Of a DNA stretch of 64,000 nucleotides, positions 1 through 7,945 are shown piece after piece. The DNA is from Balanoglossus misakiensis. Taxonomy: Eukaryota; Animalia; Hemichordata. A model generated the notes under the pieces. It searched no databases and was not told where the DNA came from. It saw only the letters and a list, made by a program, of their open reading frames with translations. Numbering within the stretch: the stretch's first letter is position 1; every line of letters starts with the position of its first letter. Made by a program: the position numbers and the translations under genes. The stretch lies in assembly GCA_040954595.2 (NCBI GenBank), contig JBECUI020000040.1:1-64000 (forward strand). The letters are read 5' to 3'.

Positions 1-1230
1 AGCCGTGGGGTCAACAATCACAACAAACAGGTCCGCTGTTATCATTCCTCTATAATCGCCAATGCCCTGGACTGTCACGATATAAGAATATTCACCAGCA
101 AGCACCGTGCTAGCGAAGCTTACAATACCGCTACTCCCGTCAAAAGTTATACCCTCAGCAGGTGAGGGGCTGATGCTGTAGCTAAGGGTCTGATTCGCAT
201 CTTCCTGCCTTGTCCATACAGGCTCCACGCTGCCCTCTGTGCCCACATCGATACTAGTCCGCTCATACAAGAGGGTTCCGGTAATCACCTCAAAAACGGT
301 AAAGGCCAAAGTCGCCGTTACTGTTCCGCTATAGATGCCAATGCCCTGGGCTGTCACAAGATAGGTATAGTCACCCGCAAGCACCGTGGTACCGAGGGTT
401 AGAATTCCGCTACTCCTGTCAAAGGTTGTACCCTCAGCAGGTGAGGGACTGATGCTGTAGCTAAGGGTCTGATCCGCATCTTCTTGACCGGCCCATACAG
501 GCTCCACGCTGCCCTCTGTGCCCTCTTCGACACCGATTTGTTCATACGAGAAGGTTCCAGTAATCAAATCAAAAACAGTAAAGTTCAAATTCGCTGTTAC
601 TGTTCCGCTATAGCTACCGATACCCTGGGCTGTCACAACATAGGTATAGTCACCCATAAGCACCGTGGTACCGAGGGTTACAATTCCGCTATTCCCGTCA
701 AAAATCATACCCTCAGCAGGTGAGGGGCTGATGCTGTAGCTAAGGGTCTGATCCGCATCTTCTTGACCGGCCCATACAGGCTCCACGCTGCCCTCTGTGC
801 CCTCTTCGACACTAATTCGTTCATACAAGAAGGTTCCAGTAATCACAAGAGCCTCGGGATCAAAAACGCTAAAGCTTACAATTGCTGTTATGCTCCCTCT
901 GTAACTACCGTGGCCCTGGACCCTAACGGTGTAAGTATAGTCACCGGCAAGCGCCGTGCTGCCTATGCGGAGAATACCTGTCGCTGGATCAAAAGTTATA
1001 CCCTCAGCAGGTGAGGGGCTGATGCTGTAGCTAAAGGTCTGGTTAGCATCTTCCTGTCCTGTCCATACAGGCCCGACACTGCCCCCCGTTCCCTCACCAA
1101 ACTCAAGATTCTCTCCATAGCTCAATGTCCCGGTAATGGAGGTTTTTATCTCCGTATCACAGGAAAGTATGGCTACCAGGAAAAATGCCCAGGCGAAGGC
1201 ATGAAAGATTCGAATGCTTGTTAACCTCAT
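1..1230 (-). CDS. Divergent surface lipoprotein paralog, 5' part only (runs off the window start); signal peptide plus 4 Ig-like repeats visible
   Basis: ATG at 1228-1230 with AAGGAG upstream. Hand translation begins MRLTSIRIFHAFAWAFFLVAILSCDTEIKTSITGTLSY, homologous to the array N-termini, with repeats of about 279 bp. Absent from the ORF track because no stop lies in the window. Confidence 0.85.
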   Translation of the reverse strand, partial: MRLTSIRIFHAFAWAFFLVAILSCDTEIKTSITGTLSYGENLEFGEGTGGSVGPVWTGQEDANQTFSYSISPSPAEGITFDPATGILRIGSTALAGDYTYTVRVQGHGSYRGSITAIVSFSVFDPEALVITGTFLYERISVEEGTEGSVEPVWAGQEDADQTLSYSISPSPAEGMIFDGNSGIVTLGTTVLMGDYTYVVTAQGIGSYSGTVTANLNFTVFDLITGTFSYEQIGVEEGTEGSVEPVWAGQEDADQTLSYSISPSPAEGTTFDRSSGILTLGTTVLAGDYTYLVTAQGIGIYSGTVTATLAFTVFEVITGTLLYERTSIDVGTEGSVEPVWTRQEDANQTLSYSISPSPAEGITFDGSSGIVSFASTVLAGEYSYIVTVQGIGDYRGMITADLFVVIVDPTA

Positions 1231-1479
1231 CTCAAAAAACTCCTTCTGTTAGTATACATACTATCTCATTTCTGGAAAAACACAGAATATTGGAGAGATT
1301 TTCTGCCTGATAAGGGAGCTTAGCTGGAGTTTGTGGCTCTTATGGACCTGTTAGAAAGATTAGAGAGGCGTACTGGTTTACGGGGCTCAGCGTTGGAACC
1401 CAAACCCGTCTTAGAAGTCCGGGGGGGGGGCAAATAAGAAGGTTCTTCTTATCGTTCTTCCCCCTGGACAAAAAAGCTA

Positions 1480-3394
1480 TTAGAAGGTCGTCACAGTCCA
1501 CGTAGCACCACCCCATGCTTCACCATTAGCAGGATAGCCCTGTGAACCGGCAGGAATTTGCAGTTCGGGGTCAGTAGCGATCGAGGAAAAAGTCGAGTCT
1601 GTCACGCTTGGAGCCATGGGAGCCTCTATTCTCACCGTTTTGAGTGCTGTGTTGTTAAAAGCATGGATACTGATGGTAGTAACGGAAGCAGGAATAGTGA
1701 CACTGGTTAGTGAGCTACAATTCTGAAAAGCAAGCCGTCCAATGCTTGTAACTCCCAAAGGAATAGTGACACTGGTTAGTGAGGTACAATTCTGAAAAGC
1801 ACTATCTCCAATGCTTGTAACTCCCAAAGGAATAGTGACACTGGTTAGTGAGGAACAATTCTGAAAAGCACTCACACCAATGCTTGTAACTCCAAAAGGA
1901 ATAGTGACACTGGTTAGTGAGCTACAATTCAGAAAAGCATACTCTCCAATGCTTGTAACTCCAAAAGGAATAGTGACACTGGCTAGAGAGGGACAACCCT
2001 CAAAAGCTTGCGTTCCCAATACTCCTAACAGAGTCAGGTATGCTAACAGATGTCATTTTATAGTCCTGAAATCCATTATCAGCAATACTTGTCACCAGCT
2101 TCTCTGTTCCGCTATCATCAAAAACCTTCGGAATTACTATGGCGCCAGTAAACGTAGAATCATGCCCTCCAACGCTCCCAGAATAGGCCATACCCTCAAG
2201 AACCTTCAGGGTAATGGGCAACTCTAAACTTCCGGTGTAATTCCCACTCCCCCTTACGGTTATGGTGAAGGTATTGTTACCTGTGCTTGTCACAGCTGTC
2301 GGCGTGCCTAGTATCCTGCCGCTTATAACATTGCCAGCAGCATCTTTCTCAAAATCTAAGCCTGCCGGTAAGGCCGGGCTAACTTCATAGCTGAGCTGCG
2401 CATCTGCTGGGACCTCTCCAGCAGAGAAAAGCAGTTCAAGTGATGTGTTAACAAGGTAGCCTTCGTCAACGCTATAGCTCATGGAGGAAGCTCTAATGTC
2501 TCTTGGGCTTATCTCCAGGGTAAGGGCGGCTGTCTTGGTGCCCCTGAAAGTACCGAAACCCTCGGCGCTAACGGTATAGGAATACTCACCGAAATCCATA
2601 GTGCTATTAGCCTCCAGGGTCAAAACGCCGGTGCTGCTGTTAAAAGACAGATCAGACGGTGGTGCAGGGTCAATGCTGTACCGGAGGGTCTGATCCACAT
2701 CGCTCTGGCCTGACCATACCGGGCTGGCGCTGGATGATGTGGGGGAAGCGTATTCGGCCATGAGGCGGCTGTAGGTGAATGTCCCGCTAATCTCGGTTAG
2801 GGGAACTGTGGAATCAATGACAACAACAAACAGATCGGCTGTGATTGTTCCCCTATAGTTGCCCCTACCCTGGGCTGTCACAGTATAAGAATATTCACCG
2901 ACAAGCGCCGTGCTGCCTATGCTGAGAATACCTGTCTCTGAATCAAAAGTTATACCCTCAGCAGCTGAGGGGCTGATGCTGTAGCTAAGGGTCTGATTCG
3001 CATCTTCCTGACCAGTCCATACAGGCTCCACGCTGCCCACGCTGCCCTCATCGACACTGATTCGTTCATACGAGAAGGTTCCAGTAATCACAGAAGCCTC
3101 GGGATCAAAAACGCTGAAGCTTATAATTGCCGTTAGCCTCCCCCCGTAGTTGCCCCTACCCTGGGCTGTCACAGTATAAGAATATTCACCGACAAGCGCC
3201 GTGCTGCCTATGCTGAGAATACCTGTCTCTGGATCAAAAGTTATACCCTCAGCAGGTGAGGGGCTGATGCTGTAGCTAAAGGTCTGATTCGCATCTTCCT
3301 GTCCTGTCCATACAGGCTCCACGCTGCCCCCAGTACCCTCAGCAAATTCAAGGCCCTGCCCATAGCTCAATGTACCGGTAATGGAGGTTTTCAT
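1480..3394 (-). pseudogene. BspA-type LRR / Ig-like paralog lacking signal peptide and lipobox, with one frameshift
   Basis: Starts at MKTSITGT (ATG 3392-3394) and joins ORFs 2000..3583 and 1480..2019. An extra C near 2015 (gttcccaat vs gttccaat in paralogs) may be a sequencing error. Confidence 0.75.
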
Positions 3395-5130
3395 TAAATG
3401 ATAGTAACTCCCAAAGGAATAGTGACACTGGCTAGAGAGGTACAACCTTGAAAAAGACTCACTCCAATGCTTGTAACTCCCAAAGGAATAGTGACACTGG
3501 TTAGTGAGGAACAATTCTGAAAAGCACCAAAACCAATGCTTGTAACTCCAAAAGGAATAGTGACACTGGTTAGTGAGGTACAATCCTTAAAAGCACCATC
3601 TCCAATGCTTGTAACTCCAAAAGGAATAGTGACACTGGCTAGAGAGGTACAATTATCAAAAGCTTGCGTTCCAATACTCCTAACCGAGTCAGGTATGCTA
3701 ACAGATGTCATTTTATAGTTCACAAATCCAGATCCAGCAATACTTGTCACCAGCTTCTCTGTTCCGCCATCATCAAAAACCTTCGGAATTACTAAGGCGC
3801 CAGTAAACGTAGAATCATGCCCTCCAACGCTCCCAGAGTAGGCCATACCCTCAAGAACCTTCAGGGTAATGGACAACTCTAAACTTCCGGTGTAATTCCC
3901 ACTCCCCCTTACGGTTATGGTGAAGGTATTGTTACCTGTGCTTGTCACAGCTGTCGGCGTGCCTAGTATCCTGCCGCTTATAACATTGCCATCAGCATCT
4001 TTCTCAAAATCTAAGCCTGCCGGTAAGGCCGGGCTAACTTCATAGCTGAGCTGCGCATCTGCTGGGACCTCTCCAGCAGAGAAAAGCAGTTCAAGTGATG
4101 TGTTAACAAGGTAGCCTTCGTCAACGCTATAGCTCATGGAGGAAGCTCTAATGTCTCTTGGGCTTATCTCCAGGGTAAGGGCGGCTGTCTTGGTGCCCTT
4201 GAAAGTACCGAAACCCTCGGCGCTAACGGTATAGAAATACTCACCGAGTTCCATAGTGCTATTAGCCTCCAGGGTCAAAACGCCGGTGCTGCTGTTAAAA
4301 GACAGATCAGACGGTGGTGCAGGGTCAATGCTGTACCGGAGGGTCTGATCCACATCGCTCTGGCCTGACCATACCGGGCTGGCGCTGGATGATGTGGGGA
4401 AAGCGTATTCGGCCATGAGGCGGCTGTAGGTGAATGTCCCGCTAATCTCGGTTAGGGGAACTGTGGGATCGATGACAACAACAAACAGTTCAGCTGTTAT
4501 TGTTCCCCTATAGTTGCCCCTACCCTGGGCTGTCACAGTATAAGAATATTCACCGACAAGCGCCGTGCTGCCTATGCTGAGAATACCTGTCTCTGAATCA
4601 AAAGTTATACCCGCAGCAGCTGAGGGGCTGATGCTGTAGCTAAGGGTCGATTCGCATCTTCTTGACCAGTCCCATACAGGCTCCACGCTGCCCACGCTGC
4701 CTCATCGACACTGATTCGTTCATACGAGAAGGTTCCAGTAATCACAGAAGCCTCGGGATCAAAAACGCTGAAGCTTATTATTGCCGTTAGCCTCCCCCCA
4801 TAGCTGCCCTGGCCCTGGACCCCTAACGGTGTAGGTATAGTCACCGGCAAGCACCGTGCTGCCTATGCTGAGAATACCTGTCTCTGGATCAAAAGTTATA
4901 CCCTCAGCAGGTGAGGGGCTGATGCTGTAGCTAAAGGTCTGATTCGCATCTTCCTGTCCTGTCCATACAGGCTCCACGCTGCCCCCCGTACCCTCAGCAA
5001 ATTCAAGGCCCTGTCCATAGCTCAATGTACCGGTAATGGAGGTTTTCATTTCCGTATCACAGGAAAACATGGCTGCCAGGAGCAATGCCCAGGAGAGGCC
5101 ATGAAAGATTCGAATGCTTGTTAACTTCAT
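3394..5130 (-). pseudogene. BspA-type LRR / Ig-like lipoprotein paralog (cassette A), C-terminally truncated and frameshifted
   Basis: ORF pieces 4759..5130, 4605..4850 and 3394..4695. Single-base indels near 4821, 4700, 4671 and 4648 relative to paralogs. Ends VTII* in mid-LRR. Confidence 0.75.
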
Positions 5131-5154
5131 CTCAAGAAACTCCTTTTCTTAAAT

Positions 5155-5196
5155 TACATACTATCCTATACATACTAACTTATACATACTATCTCA
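5155..5196 (-). promoter_or_regulatory. Cassette A: three 14-bp direct repeats (plus strand TACATACTA-N5) just upstream of the RBS; also at 17506-17547, 19639-19680 and 24227-24268
   Basis: tacatactatccta tacatactaactta tacatactatctca. On the coding strand each unit contains TAGTAT, which resembles a -10 box. Function is inferred. Confidence 0.55.
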
Positions 5197-5344
5197 TTTC
5201 TGGAAAATCATAGAATATTGGAGAGATTTTCTGCCTGATAAGGGAGCTTAGCTGGAGTTTGTGGCTCTTATGGACCTGTTAGAAAGATTAGAGAGGCGCA
5301 CTGGCTTACGGGGCTCAGCGTTGGAACACAAACCCATCTTAGAC

Positions 5345-5389
5345 GTCTGGGGGGGGAATAAGAAGGTTCTTCTTATTCCCCCCCCAGAC
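5345..5389 (-). terminator. Perfect 21-bp-arm hairpin about 20 nt downstream of the lipoprotein stop (also at 17696-17740 and 19829-19873, near-perfect at 10461-10505; imperfect allele at 7877-7925, 12981-13029, 15484-15535, 22360-22412)
   Basis: gtct-g8-aataagaag-gtt-cttcttatt-c8-agac. There is no clear U-tail, so terminator versus stabilising hairpin is uncertain. Confidence 0.6.
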
Positions 5390-5409
5390 TGCCTGGGACA
5401 AAAAAGCTA

Positions 5410-7329
5410 TTAGAAGGTCGTCACAGTCCACGTAGCACCACCCCATGTTCCACCATCAGCGGGATAGCCCTGTGAATCGGCAGGGATTTGCAGTTCGAGG
5501 CCAGCAGCGATCGAGGGAAAAGTCAGGTCTGTCACGCTTGGAGCCATGGCAGCTTCTATCCTCACCGTTTTGAGTGCTGTGTTGTTAAAAACAAACCTAT
5601 TGATGGTAGTAACGGAAGCAGGAATAGTGACACTGGCTAGAGAGGTACAATTCTGAAAAAGACTCTCTTCAATGTTTGTAACTCCAAAAGGAATAGTGAC
5701 ACTGGTTAGTGAGGTACAATTCTGAAAAGCTTGCAGTCCAATGCTTGTAACTCCCAAAGGAATAGTGACACTGGTTAGTGAGGTACAATTCTGAAAAGCA
5801 AGCTGTCCAATGCTTGTAACTCCAAAAGGAATAGTGACACTGGTTAGTGAGGTACAATCCTTAAAAGCAAACAGTCCTATACTCGTAACCGAGTCAGGTA
5901 TGCTAACAGATGTCATTTTATAGTCCTGAAATCCAGATCTATCAATACTTGTCACCAGCTTCTCTGTTCCGCTATCATCAAAAACCTTCGGAATTACTAA
6001 GGCGCCAGTAAACGTAGAATCATGCCCTCCAACGCTCCCAGTATAGGCCATACCCTCAAGAACCTTCAGGGTAATGGGCAACTCTAAACTTCCGGTGTAA
6101 TTCCCACTCCCCCTTACGGTTATGGTGAAGGTATTGTTACCTGTGCTTGTCACAGATGTCGGCGTGCCTAGTATCCTGCCGCTTATAACATTGCCATCAG
6201 CATCTTTCTCAAAATCTAAGCCTGCCGGTAAGGCCGGGCTAACTTCATAGCTGAGCTGCGCATCTGCTGGGACCTCTCCAGCAGAGAAAAGCAGTTCAAG
6301 TGATGTGTTAACAAGGTAGCCTTCGTCAACGCTATAGCTCATGGAGGAAGCTCTAATGTCTCTTGGGCTTATCTCCAGGGTAAGGGCGGCTGTCTTGGTG
6401 CCCCTGAAAGTACCGAAACCCTCGGCGCTAACGGTATAGGAATACTCACCGAAATCCATAGTGCTATTAGCCTCCAGGGTCAAAACGCCGGTGCTGCTGT
6501 TAAAAGACAGATCAGACGGTGGTGCAGGGTCAATGCTGTACCGGAGGGTCTGATCCACATCGCTCTGGCCTGACCATACCGGGCTGGCGCTGGATGATGT
6601 GGGGAAAGCGTATTCGGCAATGAGGCGGCTGTAGGTGAATGTCCCGCTAATCTCGGTTAGGGGAACTGTGGGATCGATGACAACAACAAACAGATCGGCT
6701 GTTATTGTTCCCCTATAGTTGCCCCTACCCTGGGCTGTCACAGTATAAGAATATTCACCGACAGACAGCGTGCTCTCCAGGCTCAGTACACCCGTCTCTG
6801 AGTTAAAACTTGCACCCGCAGCAGCTGAGGGGCTGATGCTGTAGCTAAGGGTCTGATTCGCATCTTCTTGACCAGTCCATACAGGCTCCACGCTGCCCAC
6901 GCTGCCCTCATCGACACTGATTCGTTCATACGAGAAGGTTCCAGTAATCACAGAAGCCTCGGGATCAAAAACGCTGAAGCTTATTATTGCCGTTAGCCTC
7001 CCCCCGTAGCTTCCCTGGCCCTGGACCCTAACGGTGTAGGTATAGTCACCGACAAGCGCCGTGCTGCCTATGCTGAGAATACCTGTCTCTGGATCAAAGG
7101 TTATACCCTCAGCAGGTGAGGGGCTGATGCTGTAGCTAAAGGTCTGATTCGCATCTTCCTGCCCTGTCCATACAGGCTCCACGCTGCCCCCCGTACCCTC
7201 AGCAAATTCAAGGCCCTGTCCATAGCTCAATGTACCGGTAATGGAGGTTTTCATTTCCGTATCACAGGAAAACATGGCTGCCAGGAGCAATAAGGAGGTA
7301 AAAACAATTCCTAAGTTTGTCCATTTCAT
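5410..7329 (-). CDS. BspA/TpLRR leucine-rich-repeat surface lipoprotein with Ig-like stalk (cassette B)
   Basis: 23-aa repeats SLTSVTIPxGVTSIGxxAFxxC. The start is placed at MKWTNLGIVFTSLLLLAAMFSC (signal peptide plus lipobox Cys) rather than at the TTG at 7407. Confidence 0.9.
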   Translation of the reverse strand: MKWTNLGIVFTSLLLLAAMFSCDTEMKTSITGTLSYGQGLEFAEGTGGSVEPVWTGQEDANQTFSYSISPSPAEGITFDPETGILSIGSTALVGDYTYTVRVQGQGSYGGRLTAIISFSVFDPEASVITGTFSYERISVDEGSVGSVEPVWTGQEDANQTLSYSISPSAAAGASFNSETGVLSLESTLSVGEYSYTVTAQGRGNYRGTITADLFVVVIDPTVPLTEISGTFTYSRLIAEYAFPTSSSASPVWSGQSDVDQTLRYSIDPAPPSDLSFNSSTGVLTLEANSTMDFGEYSYTVSAEGFGTFRGTKTAALTLEISPRDIRASSMSYSVDEGYLVNTSLELLFSAGEVPADAQLSYEVSPALPAGLDFEKDADGNVISGRILGTPTSVTSTGNNTFTITVRGSGNYTGSLELPITLKVLEGMAYTGSVGGHDSTFTGALVIPKVFDDSGTEKLVTSIDRSGFQDYKMTSVSIPDSVTSIGLFAFKDCTSLTSVTIPFGVTSIGQLAFQNCTSLTSVTIPLGVTSIGLQAFQNCTSLTSVTIPFGVTNIEESLFQNCTSLASVTIPASVTTINRFVFNNTALKTVRIEAAMAPSVTDLTFPSIAAGLELQIPADSQGYPADGGTWGGATWTVTTF

Positions 7330-7563
7330 CTTGCCACACCCCCTTCCATAGCCAAGGGAGGCATGGGAGCTTGACAGCTCAGCGACCCTGAATCCTGATG
7401 GGAACAAGGCCAGGATGGAAGTGAGGCGAATGAAATGTGAGGGAATAGAAAAAAGCCAGGCTTCCTTTTATATTCTAACTCACGTGAGTGAGTGAGTGAG
7501 TGAGTGAGTGAGTGAGTGAGTGAGTGAGTGAGTGAGTGAGTGAGTGAGTGAGTTCATACGCAT
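7326..7563 (-). promoter_or_regulatory. Leader ORF region: AAGGAG, ATG CGT ATG AAC (TCAC)n, with one frame ending at a TGA that overlaps the lipoprotein ATG
   Basis: SD at 7567-7572, in-frame ATGs at 7563 and 7557, TGA at 7326-7328 overlapping ATG at 7327-7329. The same layout precedes all five cassette B genes. Confidence 0.75.
7484..7551 (-). repeat. (TCAC)17 microsatellite
   Basis: 68 bp of perfect (GTGA)n on the plus strand. Confidence 0.95.
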
Positions 7564-7596
7564 AGTCTCCTTATCAGTTTGGTTTGTAATTGGCCT

Positions 7597-7625
7597 AGTT
7601 TACTTTAATGATTCTTTTTTGTCAA
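7597..7625 (-). promoter_or_regulatory. Sigma70-type promoter TTGACA-N17-TAAACT (also at 10181-10209, 12701-12729, 15204-15232, 22081-22109)
   Basis: Consensus -35, 17-nt spacer, near-consensus -10 and an A-rich upstream tract. Conserved in all five cassette B copies. Confidence 0.8.
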
Positions 7626-7945
7626 GATTGTTTTTTTAAATACAAAAATTACCTGCCGTGGAAATCCTAACGGGAAGCCTGTCTCCCTTTCCTTGCTTAT
7701 ACCGCCTCAACTCTGAGGAAACGGTATAAGGTTAGGAAAGGGGTTCTTGGTCTAAGGTGAAAGGATTGAGTGAAACAAGGAGTTTTCAAGGATGCGTTAA
7801 AGAGTCTCCAAAGATCCCCCTCAGGGCTTTTCGGAGACTCTGGCTGGGCCACAACCCCATAAAGCCCGCCTTAGACGTCTGGGGGCAAATAAGAAGATTC
7901 TTCTTATTGTTACCCCCCCCCAGACTGCCTGGGACAAAAAAGCTA

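Noticed and set aside
1690-2010. 69-bp periodic repeats with short variable segments resembling a CRISPR array (present in every array gene)
   Set aside because: They are in-frame 23-codon LRR units. The variable parts are short and reused, and no cas genes are present.
7330-7407. TTG-initiated N-terminal extension MFPSGFRV... called for cassette B genes
   Set aside because: No SD precedes the TTG, and the extension would displace a typical signal peptide beginning at MKWTN.
7484-7551. Classical in-gene frameshift phase variation, with the tract inside the lipoprotein CDS
   Set aside because: The lipoprotein frame has TGA and TAA between the tract and the gene in four of five copies, so no value of n gives a fusion.
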